This document shows positions 10,236 through 18,595 of a stretch of 64,000 nt of DNA, one piece after another (within the stretch, counting starts at the first letter, position 1; each line of letters opens with the position of its first letter). The stretch is from positions 28,161 to 92,160 of the forward strand of contig DATLLJ010000043.1 of NCBI GenBank assembly GCA_035537875.1. The letters run 5' to 3'. This DNA comes from Vicinamibacterales bacterium (GTDB lineage Bacteria; Acidobacteriota; Vicinamibacteria; Vicinamibacterales; CAVVIG01). Under the pieces are notes generated by a model. That model saw only the letters and a program-made list of their open reading frames with translations, did no database searches and was not told where the DNA came from. The position numbers were made by a program, and so were the translations under genes.

Positions 10236-10291
10236 GGATAATTATACATGTCTGGTCGTTTGGCGCAAGGAAAATCGATGTATAATCATCC
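10236..10291. promoter_or_regulatory. candidate ArgR operator: 14-nt inverted repeat in the argC/argR divergent spacer
   Basis: GGATAATTATACAT (10236-10249) and ATGTATAATCATCC (10278-10291) are reverse complements with 1 mismatch. They sit in the only strongly AT-rich stretch of the region. TATGCATAAAAAAGGATA loosely resembles the ARG-box consensus TNTGAATWWWWATTCANW. Confidence 0.5.
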
Positions 10292-10298
10292 ACTCGAG

Positions 10299-10757
10299 AT
10301 GAAGGCACGCCGTCAGTCTGTGATTCTGGAACTGATCGACCGCGACCCGCTCCACAGTCAGGAGCAGTTGCGTCGCCGGCTGCGGCAACGGGGATTCGAC
10401 GCCACGCAGGCGACCATCTCCCGCGACATCGCTGACCTCGGGTTGGTCAAGCGGGCCGGCGACGGCGCCTATCAGCGGCCCGGCGTGGACGCCACCAATC
10501 CGGAAACGGCGCTCACAGCCCTCGAGCGAGCCATCGCGAGCTTTCTGCGCAGCCTGGATCGCGTGCAGCAGCTCGTGGTCGTCCGGACGGGACGCGGACA
10601 GGCGCAGGCGCTCGCCGAGGCGATTGATCGCGCGCAGCTTCGAGAGGCGGTGGGCTCGATTGCCGGTGACGACACGATTCTCGTCATCGCGCGCGGCGCG
10701 CGCCCGGCCGCGGCGCTCGTCAGGCGTCTCGAAACCTACGCCGCCAGATCGCGCTGA
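10299..10757 (+). CDS. argR: arginine repressor
   Basis: Winged-helix SQEQLRRRLRQRGFDATQATISRDIADLGLVK and C-terminal GSIAGDDTILVI. Start placed at MKARRQ; ATG 10278 is an alternative. Confidence 0.85.
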   Translation: MKARRQSVILELIDRDPLHSQEQLRRRLRQRGFDATQATISRDIADLGLVKRAGDGAYQRPGVDATNPETALTALERAIASFLRSLDRVQQLVVVRTGRGQAQALAEAIDRAQLREAVGSIAGDDTILVIARGARPAAALVRRLETYAARSR

Positions 10758-10759
10758 CC

Positions 10760-11890
10760 ATGCGAAGGATCGTGCTCGCGTATTCTGGTGAAAGCGACGC
10801 CTCGGCTGCCGTCGGCTGGCTTGCCGCCACCTACGGCGTCGAGGTCGTGGCGGTCACACTGGATCTCGGTCAGCGCATCGCGCTCGAGGAGGTGCGCGAC
10901 CGCGCCCTGGCGGGCGGGGCAGTTCGCGCGCACGTGCTCGATGTCCGCGATGAGTTCGCGCGCGACTTCGTGCTTCCGGCTCTCAAGGCCGACGCGTTCG
11001 ACCAGCATGGCTCGCCGACGAGCGCCGAGCTCGCGCGCCCGCTGATTGGCCAGAAGCTGGTCGAACTCGCCGCGATCGAACAGGCCGACGCCATCGCCTA
11101 CGGTTTCGCCGGCACAACCAGCCATCCGTCGCGTCTCGACGTGGCCGCGCGCACGCTCAACCCCTCGCTGACGATCCTCGGGCCGCTTCGCGATGCCGTG
11201 CGCTCCACGGCGGTCGACTTCGCGCACTCTGACGATCTCGGTGTCGTGGACCAGGAGGAGACGTACCGCACGGACGTGAACCTGTGGGGCCGGGTGGTCG
11301 AGTGGAGAAGCGCCGACGTCACGTGGGCGGAGCCTCCGGAAAGCATCTACACCCTGACCAGGCGCCCTGCCGACTGCCCCGACGAGCCAGCTTTCGTCGA
11401 GCTGACCTTTGAAGCGGGGATGCCGACGGCCATCAACGGTGTCACGATGCCCTTCGTCGAGCTCATCGCGAGTCTCGGCACCATCGCCGGGGCCCACGGC
11501 GTGGGTCGCATCGCCAGGGTCAGGCACAGCGCGGCCGGGTTGGAGTGGCGGATGGTTTGGGAGGCGCCGGCCGCGATGGTCCTCCGCGGCGCGCACAGTG
11601 AGCTGCAGCAGATGGTCACGTCCTCCGAAGCTTCCCGCTTCATGCGGCTGGTGCGCATCGAGTACGGTGACGTCATAAGCCGCGGATTGTGGTTCACATC
11701 GCTGCGGGAAGCTCTTGACGCCTGTGTCGAGAAGATCCAGCAACGCGTCAGCGGGACCATCCGCCTCCGACTTTTCAAAGGCGGCTGTCACGTCGTACTC
11801 GCGACGGCCGAGTCCGCAGGAAAACGAACCGTGCGGTCCTCGACCGTGGTCCGGCAGGAGATGACCCAGGGGGGCGGCCCCACAATCTGA
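10760..11890 (+). CDS. argininosuccinate synthase homolog with degenerate signature motifs
   Basis: Collinear by eye with ArgG (RIVLAYSG..., DEFARDFVLPALKA, ARPLIGQKLVE, HGVGRI, LRLFKGG) and located between argR and argH. Both classical ArgG signatures are eroded (see findings). Confidence 0.7.
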   Translation: MRRIVLAYSGESDASAAVGWLAATYGVEVVAVTLDLGQRIALEEVRDRALAGGAVRAHVLDVRDEFARDFVLPALKADAFDQHGSPTSAELARPLIGQKLVELAAIEQADAIAYGFAGTTSHPSRLDVAARTLNPSLTILGPLRDAVRSTAVDFAHSDDLGVVDQEETYRTDVNLWGRVVEWRSADVTWAEPPESIYTLTRRPADCPDEPAFVELTFEAGMPTAINGVTMPFVELIASLGTIAGAHGVGRIARVRHSAAGLEWRMVWEAPAAMVLRGAHSELQQMVTSSEASRFMRLVRIEYGDVISRGLWFTSLREALDACVEKIQQRVSGTIRLRLFKGGCHVVLATAESAGKRTVRSSTVVRQEMTQGGGPTI

Positions 11891-11895
11891 GACCC

Positions 11896-13299
11896 ATGAC
11901 AGACGATCAACGACCGCCGACCACGCTGTGGTCGGGTCGCTTCGGTGAAGCCCCCGACGCTGCGGCCTTCGAATTCGGATCGTCGTTCCGCTTCGACAGA
12001 CGCCTTTTCCAGGACGACGTCGCGGGAAGCCTCGCATGGGCGAGGGCCCTCGCCAGGGCCGGCGTACTGACACGAACCGACGCGCAGGCGATCGAGCAGG
12101 CGCTCAGCGAGATCCTTTCACAGGGCGTCGCGAATCCCGACTACGTGGCCGGCGGCGACGAGGACGTCCACAGCTTCGTGGAGCGGAAGCTTGTGGAACG
12201 ACTTGGCGACGCGGGACGACGGCTTCATACGGGACGGTCGCGGAATGAACAGGTCTCACTCGATTTGCGTTTGTACTTGCGGCGTCGCATCCCCGCTCTT
12301 CAGCGGGCCGTGGCTGGCCTCATCGAAGCGTTGTGGCGGCAGGCGTCGAGCGCTGACGGCGCTCTTATGCCCTCGTACACCCATTTCCGACCGGCGCAGC
12401 CGGTGCTCGTCGCTCATTTCTATCTGGCACATGTCGCCGCTTTGCGGCGCGACTTCGAGCGCCTCGCATCCGCTCGGGCTGAAGCCGACGTGTTGCCACT
12501 CGGCTCGGGAGCCATTGCAGGCACGAGCTATCCAATCGATGTGGAGGCGCTCGCGCTCGATCTCGGCTTTTCGCACGTCGTCGCCAACAGCATCGACGCC
12601 TCGTCCGATCGAGATTTTGCGGCGTCCTTCGTGTACGCCTGCACTGTCACGATGGTGCATCTCAGCCGGTTGGCCGAGGACCTGATCATCTTCTCAGGCG
12701 ACGAACACCGTTTCTTCGAGCTGTCCGACCGTCTCAGCACCGGCAGCAGCATGATGCCGCAAAAGAAGAACCCTGATCCCCTGGAGCTCGTACGTGGCAA
12801 ATCAGGACGCGCGTTAGGTCACCTGGTCGCGATGCTGACCGTGATGAAGGGGCTGCCGAGTGGGTACAACAAGGACCTGCAGGAGGACAAAGAAGGTCTG
12901 TTTGACGCCGAAGACACCCTGGCCGGATCGCTGGCCGTCGTCCAGTCCGTTGTGGCCGGCCTGACGCTCGTGCGGGGGCGCGCCGAATCGGCGGCATCGG
13001 GATTGCTGTTGGCTACCGACGTGGCGGATTATCTCGTGGGCAAGGGCATGCCGTTTCGACGGGCGCACGAAGTTGTCGGGACGTTGGTCCGCAAGCTGGA
13101 TAGCGAGGGAAGGGATTTCGAAACGTTGTCTCTCGATGAATGGCGCGCCGCCAGTGAGCTCTTCGACGAGGACGTGGTTGCCAGAGTCACACCGCGTGCG
13201 TCCCTGTCGGGAAAGCGCACTCCGCAATCGACGTCCCCGCCGGCGGTCGAGGCCCGTTTGAGGGAGGTTGGGAGCTGGTTGGAGGGGTTGGCGGGGTAG
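11896..13299 (+). CDS. argH: argininosuccinate lyase
   Basis: 467 aa with fumarate-lyase signature GSSMMPQKKNPD. Confidence 0.9.
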   Translation: MTDDQRPPTTLWSGRFGEAPDAAAFEFGSSFRFDRRLFQDDVAGSLAWARALARAGVLTRTDAQAIEQALSEILSQGVANPDYVAGGDEDVHSFVERKLVERLGDAGRRLHTGRSRNEQVSLDLRLYLRRRIPALQRAVAGLIEALWRQASSADGALMPSYTHFRPAQPVLVAHFYLAHVAALRRDFERLASARAEADVLPLGSGAIAGTSYPIDVEALALDLGFSHVVANSIDASSDRDFAASFVYACTVTMVHLSRLAEDLIIFSGDEHRFFELSDRLSTGSSMMPQKKNPDPLELVRGKSGRALGHLVAMLTVMKGLPSGYNKDLQEDKEGLFDAEDTLAGSLAVVQSVVAGLTLVRGRAESAASGLLLATDVADYLVGKGMPFRRAHEVVGTLVRKLDSEGRDFETLSLDEWRAASELFDEDVVARVTPRASLSGKRTPQSTSPPAVEARLREVGSWLEGLAG

Positions 13300-13393
13300 A
13301 GCCCGACGGTATTGCCTCGCCCGAACCAGCTCTGCTAAGATGAGCCCGCCTTTCGCAGTACCTTCCCCTCCATCGGATCCTTGGAGTTCTTGG

Positions 13394-14140
13394 ATGCAAC
13401 AGCGCCAGCTTCGGCTTGGTGACATTCTGGATGATTACTGCACGCGAGAGCGGCGCCTGACGAACCATGCCATCGTCGCGATGGTTGGGGCCGAGGTCAA
13501 GCAGACGCGCTGCACGACCTGCGACACTGAGCACGAATACAAGCACGCCAAGGTCCCTCGTCAGCGCCGCAAGGCCGACTCTCCCGCAGCGCTCTATTCC
13601 CAGGTTGCCGCCAATGCGCCGAAGCGTGTCAGTCCGTCGGGATCGACGTCGATGAAGGCTGGCGGCGAGCGGATCGAGGAGCATGACGATCACGAGACGA
13701 TGGAGACGCCTGCGCAGCGTGAAGGTGGTCCAGTGACCGACGAACGCCAGGACGTTCCGGAATCGCCCGTTGCGCTGAGCTCGCAAAGCGATCAAGGCGC
13801 AGACGGCGGAGCCGAGGATGACGATCGGGGGAATCGCGACGACGAGGGTCCGGTGCATCGCCCGCTGATTCGCGCCTCGCTTCCCCGCGAAGGCCAGCCG
13901 CCGCCCGCGCGGCCGATCCCGGAGTTCACGATTCGCCATCCGGCCGGGGGGCGTCCCGGCCGATTTCGCCCTCGCCATCAGCGCGGCGGGCAGCCGTTTC
14001 AGAGCGAGCGCTCGAGCGGCAACGGCTTCGGCGGACCGCGGAATGCCGGCCAGCGCCATGGAAGCGGGCGTCCGCCTCAAGGATCCATGGCTCCCCGCCA
14101 GGGGAGACGCCACGGCCCAGGCCGCAAACGATCGAAGTGA
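13394..14140 (+). CDS. hypothetical protein: structured N-terminal ~60 aa, then an acidic and Arg/Gly/Pro-rich tail
   Basis: ORF 13268..14140 trimmed to MQQRQLRLGDILDDYCTRE. Three Cys (C-x32-C-x2-C). The remainder is low complexity. No family recognised. Confidence 0.45.
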   Translation: MQQRQLRLGDILDDYCTRERRLTNHAIVAMVGAEVKQTRCTTCDTEHEYKHAKVPRQRRKADSPAALYSQVAANAPKRVSPSGSTSMKAGGERIEEHDDHETMETPAQREGGPVTDERQDVPESPVALSSQSDQGADGGAEDDDRGNRDDEGPVHRPLIRASLPREGQPPPARPIPEFTIRHPAGGRPGRFRPRHQRGGQPFQSERSSGNGFGGPRNAGQRHGSGRPPQGSMAPRQGRRHGPGRKRSK

Positions 14141-14192
14141 TCAGTCTCCGCCCGCGCGGCCGATGTAACGCGTGGCCAATCGCCCTCACAGC

Positions 14193-14966
14193 ATGAGTGA
14201 TCTATCCGGCAAAGTCGGTCTCGTCGTCGGTGTCGCGAACAAACGGTCGATCTCGTGGGCGATCGCCGAAGCGGCCTCGAGGGCAGGCGCGCGCGTCGCC
14301 TTGACCTACCAGGGAGAGCGGCTGGAAGAGAACGTTCGCGAGTTGGCCGCCACGCTGCCAGGTACGCTCGTCGCACCGTGCGATGTGGGCGACGATGGCC
14401 AGATCGGCGACGTGTTTGTGAAGGTCGAGCGGGAGTTCGGAGGCCTCGACTTTCTGGTCCACGGGGCAGCATACGCTCCGCGCGAGGAGCTTTCGGCGCC
14501 TTTCGTGCAGACCTCGCGCGTCGGATTCCGGACGGCACTCGAGATCAGCACGTATTCCCTCATCGCCCTCGCTCGTGGCGCCGCGCCGCTGATGGAACGA
14601 CGGGGAGGCGGAAGCATTCTCACGCTCACCTACCTGGGCAGCGAACGTGTCTTCACGAACTACAACGTGATGGGTGTCGCGAAAGCCGGATTGGAGGCGT
14701 CCGTACGCTATCTGGCTGCAGACCTCGGTCGGGCCAACATCCGAGTCAATGCGATTTCAGCGGGGCCCATCAAGACGCTGGCGGCCTCCGGTATCTCCGG
14801 GTTCTCGAGCATCTTGCAGGTCTATCGTGACCGCGCGCCGCTTGGACGAAACGTCGAACTCGGGGAGGTGGCCGATACAGCGACCTTTCTCCTGAGCTCC
14901 GCGTCCCGTGGAATCACCGGCGAGATCGTGGTGGTCGATGCCGGCTTCCATATCATGGGAACGTAG
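14193..14966 (+). CDS. fabI: enoyl-ACP reductase (NADH)
   Basis: GKVGLVVGVANKRSISWAIA and the catalytic YNVMGVAKAGLEA (Y-x6-K) motif. Confidence 0.85.
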   Translation: MSDLSGKVGLVVGVANKRSISWAIAEAASRAGARVALTYQGERLEENVRELAATLPGTLVAPCDVGDDGQIGDVFVKVEREFGGLDFLVHGAAYAPREELSAPFVQTSRVGFRTALEISTYSLIALARGAAPLMERRGGGSILTLTYLGSERVFTNYNVMGVAKAGLEASVRYLAADLGRANIRVNAISAGPIKTLAASGISGFSSILQVYRDRAPLGRNVELGEVADTATFLLSSASRGITGEIVVVDAGFHIMGT

Positions 14967-15022
14967 CCGGACTCAATCTGCCCGCCTGAATCACATCGCC
15001 GCAGGGTGAGCGCACCGCGACG

Positions 15023-15784
15023 TCAGGTCCACTGCTCGACCCTGATCCTCGAGGGTGGAATACCGACGTCGGTGAGCAGGCCCGCGGTGTCCGCCACAAA
15101 AGCCGGTGGACCACAGATGAAGCACAGAGTCGCGGAATCCTGCACCATCGATGCTAGTTGTGCGCGGTCGATTCGTCCTCGCGGACCGCTCCAGCGCTCT
15201 CCGACCGAGCGGGTGACGGTCTGGCGCAGCTCGATCCGGCCGTCCCGGGCGAGCCTGCGCCACTCGTCATCGTAGGCGAACTCATCGGGCGATCGTGCGC
15301 TGTAGAAGAGGCCGATGTGCTCGTGAGGGGTGCTGAGCGCATGATGCAGCATGGCGCGCAGCGGTGCGATGCCCGTTCCCCCTGCAATGAACACGAAGCG
15401 CTGTTCGGCCGGCTCGCGAGGGAAAGTAAAGGATCCCAATGGCCCTTCCACCGCGACCAGATGCCCAGGGTCGAGCGTCAGATGCGGCCCGGGGGCTCCG
15501 TTCTCGCCGACGCCGACGAGCAGCTCGAGGCAGCCGGTCCGGCGCGCTTCTTCCGGCGGGGCGGCCAGCGAGTAGGGGCGCTTCAACCCGCCGACGGAGC
15601 CCACAAGGACGGCTTGTCCGGCCTGGTACTCGAACGGGGCGCCGCGCAGATCGAGACGGACAACGCGGGCACGCGGCGTGGCAGGAAGCACTTCCCGGAT
15701 ATCAAGCGTGAGGACCACGTCGGATAATGCTAGCGCATGGCTGTGCGTCGCGCGCGCGGTGTCGTCCTCAGGCTCGTGCGGCAT
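15023..15784 (-). CDS. ferredoxin-NADP reductase-like FAD/NAD(P)-binding oxidoreductase
   Basis: RPYSLA (RxYS FAD motif), GGTGIAPLRAML and ICGPPAF. Confidence 0.7.
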   Translation of the reverse strand: MPHEPEDDTARATHSHALALSDVVLTLDIREVLPATPRARVVRLDLRGAPFEYQAGQAVLVGSVGGLKRPYSLAAPPEEARRTGCLELLVGVGENGAPGPHLTLDPGHLVAVEGPLGSFTFPREPAEQRFVFIAGGTGIAPLRAMLHHALSTPHEHIGLFYSARSPDEFAYDDEWRRLARDGRIELRQTVTRSVGERWSGPRGRIDRAQLASMVQDSATLCFICGPPAFVADTAGLLTDVGIPPSRIRVEQWT

Positions 15785-15964
15785 CGGCGCCTTGCGATTG
15801 CAGTCGGCCTCGCGATGGTCGCTCCTGCGGCCTGGCTCGAGTTCAGCGGCCGTCCCGCCGCCTGGTGGCTCGATGGCCTGGGGCTGGTCGTGGGCGCCAC
15901 AGGGGTCGCGTTGGTGTGGGCGGGACTGACCGGCTCGAAACCGGATTGGATTGATGAAGGCTAG
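15737..15964 (+). CDS. possible small two-helix membrane protein
   Basis: 75-aa ORF with two hydrophobic segments and high third-position GC. It fills an otherwise ~195-nt gap. No homology recognised, and it overlaps the divergent FNR-like start. Confidence 0.3.
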   Translation: MAVRRARGVVLRLVRHRRLAIAVGLAMVAPAAWLEFSGRPAAWWLDGLGLVVGATGVALVWAGLTGSKPDWIDEG

Positions 15965-15979
15965 TGGCCGTCACTGGAC

Positions 15980-18523
15980 TCAGAGAATTCCCACCGACGC
16001 GCGCTTGAGCTCGACGTCGGACAGGGTCGGCTGATCCCCCGCGCTTGGCTGCGGCGACGGCCCGCGTCCCGCGACGCGCTTGCGACGCGTCTTGTCACGG
16101 TACATGCGGCTGTCGGCCGTAGCGAGCAGCGCCTCGTAAGTATCGCCGTCGTGCGGGAAGATCGCCGCGCCGATGCTGATGGCCAACGGCAGGATCTTGC
16201 CCGCGCGCGGCTCGAACGACAGCGTATCGACGGCGTGCTGCAGCTCACCACGTTTGCGTTCCGCTTCCTCGCCGCCGCACCCGGAGAGGACGACGATGAA
16301 TTCGTCCCCTGCGTATCTGACGCAGATGTCGTAGGGTCGGATGGCCGCCCGCAACACGGTTGCCACGTCCCTGAGCGCCCGATCTCCGATGTGATGGCCG
16401 TAGGTGTCGTTGATGTCCTTGAAGCTATCAAGGTCCATCACCAGCAACGACACCTCCGACTTGAGACGTTCGGCGCGGGCGAGTTCCCGCGTCAAGTGCA
16501 TGAACATGAACCGCGTGTTGGGCAGCCCGGTCAGCGGGTCGGTGAGCGAATCCTCCTGCGTCTGTTCGAAAATCATCGAGTTGTAAATGACCGCCGCTGC
16601 CTGTTCGGAGATGCGATCGAGGAGCCGGCGATGGTCGTCGGTGTAGACCGTCTGCTCGACGTGGTAAACGCAGATGGCGCCGATGAACCGCTCGTTGAAG
16701 ACGAGCGGACAGACCAGCGCTGACTGGAGCGATGTCTGATCGGGCGGATGCCCGGCGGCCTCGAAGTCGGCGCTCGGTCGCGCGTTGACGAGGGGACGCC
16801 GGTTTCGTGCCACCCACCCGGTCAGCCCGTGTCCGTTGCGGATGGTCAGCGTCTGGATGACCTCGGATTCGACGCCGGTCGCGAACCGGCACCGCAGGGT
16901 CTCCATTTCGTCGTTGTAGAGAAAGAGAGCGCAGCACGAGAACGGCACGATGTTGCTCAGCTTGGAGGATATCAGCGCCATCGTGTCCGACACCCCCAAG
17001 CTGCTGCCGAGGGCCTGCGCGATTTCGTACAGAGCGTAAATTTCGCGGTGTGCCAGCGCGATGTCCTGGAACACGTTCGTCCGCGCATGCGAATCGGAGA
17101 CCAGGCCCACCGCTGGCTGCGCCGCCGTTGGCTCGGCCGAAATTCGTGTCAGCTTGCGCATCGGCTGCTGGCTGGCCTCGGCCTCGGCGGTCAGCGCCGG
17201 ATAAAGTTCCACGAACGTCTGGACGACGCGCGGATCGAGCGCCTTGCCACTCTCCTGGTGGAGCAGACCGATCGCCTTGTCGAACGTCATCGGCTTGTGG
17301 TACGGCCGCTCCGACATCAAGGCATCGAAGTAGTCGACGACGGACAGAATGCGGGCGCCCAGCGGGATTTCTTCGCCCTTCAGGCCGCTCGGGTAGCCCT
17401 TCCCGTCCCACCGCTCGTGGTGGCTCAAGATCAGCGGCGCCACCGGATACGGGAATGGCACGCCGCTGATGATTTCGGCGCCCACCTGGGGGTGAATGCG
17501 AATCTTTTGGAATTCTTCCTGGGTGAGCGGTCCAGGCTTCGACAGGATGTGCTCGGGCACCGCGAGCTTGCCGATGTCGTGCAGCAGTGCCGCGGTCTTC
17601 ACGCCCTGGATTTCGTTCTCGGGCATGCCGAGCGCCCGGGCGAGGCCGGCCGCGTACACCTGGACGCGCCGGATGTGACTCTGTGCCGTCTGGTCCTTCG
17701 CATCGATCGCGAGCGCGAGCGCCTCGATTGTAGCGAGGTGCAGATCGGAGACCTGCTGCACGTGCCGCTGTTGATCCTGAATGCGTCCCATGTAGACCTT
17801 GTACGTCCGGTAGATCAGATACACGGGAGCGGCGGTCAGCAGCGCCATCCAGTAGCCGCCGCGTTCGACAACGGCCGCCGCGACGCCGGCCGCGCCGGCC
17901 CCAAAGAAGTAGCTGGGTGCGCTCCACAGAAAGTTCTGGTTCCAAACGTTCCAAACCCGGGTGACGGAGATGGAACCCTTCGTCGACAGGCCAATTGCGG
18001 TGGCGACCAGAATCGTGTTGCACAGGAAATACGCGGTGGCCGCCCCGACCAGCGGTTTTGGAATCGTGAGCAGCGTGTAAGGCGTGAAGGGTGGCGGTCC
18101 GTCGAGCAGCATGTACACCCAGCCGGCCGTTTTCACGGTCAACACCAGGGACGCCATGCTGAAGGCGGTGCGGAACGGCGCGCTGCGAGCGCGCGTCTTG
18201 AACGTGCACTGCGCCCAGGCGCTGGTCCCGGCGACGAGCATCGTTTCGTCGGCACCCAGGAGCATGAGCGACGCGAAGTCCACGGCGTACGATACCGACA
18301 TCGTGGAGCCGCCCGAGGCCAGCGGCAGGTTGACTTTGAGCGCCGAGGCCAGCGACGAGCAGAGCAGGAGCGCGACGAAGATGCCCGGGTGCGCGATCCT
18401 GTTCGGGAAGAAGACGAGAAAAGCCACCGCGCCGGCGATGATGACGGTGATGACGTACAGCCGGGCAGCGAGAGGAAGTTCCTTCATAGGATGCGGTTGG
18501 ACTTCTTCGCCGTCTGGCCACAC
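15980..18523 (-). CDS. membrane-anchored HD-GYP + GAF + GGDEF(AGDEF) c-di-GMP signalling protein
   Basis: Polytopic N-terminal region; HDIGKL...HHERWDGKGYP (HD-GYP); GAF-like middle region; C-terminal DPLTGLPN...RYAGDEFIVVL. Alternative start at ATG 18487. Confidence 0.85.
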   Translation of the reverse strand: MWPDGEEVQPHPMKELPLAARLYVITVIIAGAVAFLVFFPNRIAHPGIFVALLLCSSLASALKVNLPLASGGSTMSVSYAVDFASLMLLGADETMLVAGTSAWAQCTFKTRARSAPFRTAFSMASLVLTVKTAGWVYMLLDGPPPFTPYTLLTIPKPLVGAATAYFLCNTILVATAIGLSTKGSISVTRVWNVWNQNFLWSAPSYFFGAGAAGVAAAVVERGGYWMALLTAAPVYLIYRTYKVYMGRIQDQQRHVQQVSDLHLATIEALALAIDAKDQTAQSHIRRVQVYAAGLARALGMPENEIQGVKTAALLHDIGKLAVPEHILSKPGPLTQEEFQKIRIHPQVGAEIISGVPFPYPVAPLILSHHERWDGKGYPSGLKGEEIPLGARILSVVDYFDALMSERPYHKPMTFDKAIGLLHQESGKALDPRVVQTFVELYPALTAEAEASQQPMRKLTRISAEPTAAQPAVGLVSDSHARTNVFQDIALAHREIYALYEIAQALGSSLGVSDTMALISSKLSNIVPFSCCALFLYNDEMETLRCRFATGVESEVIQTLTIRNGHGLTGWVARNRRPLVNARPSADFEAAGHPPDQTSLQSALVCPLVFNERFIGAICVYHVEQTVYTDDHRRLLDRISEQAAAVIYNSMIFEQTQEDSLTDPLTGLPNTRFMFMHLTRELARAERLKSEVSLLVMDLDSFKDINDTYGHHIGDRALRDVATVLRAAIRPYDICVRYAGDEFIVVLSGCGGEEAERKRGELQHAVDTLSFEPRAGKILPLAISIGAAIFPHDGDTYEALLATADSRMYRDKTRRKRVAGRGPSPQPSAGDQPTLSDVELKRASVGIL

Positions 18524-18595
18524 CGCCCAACCCGGGGCCGGGGATGCTTGAATGACACGTCAGCGGGCCTTCCGATGTCCCCTTCGACCTGCGGT

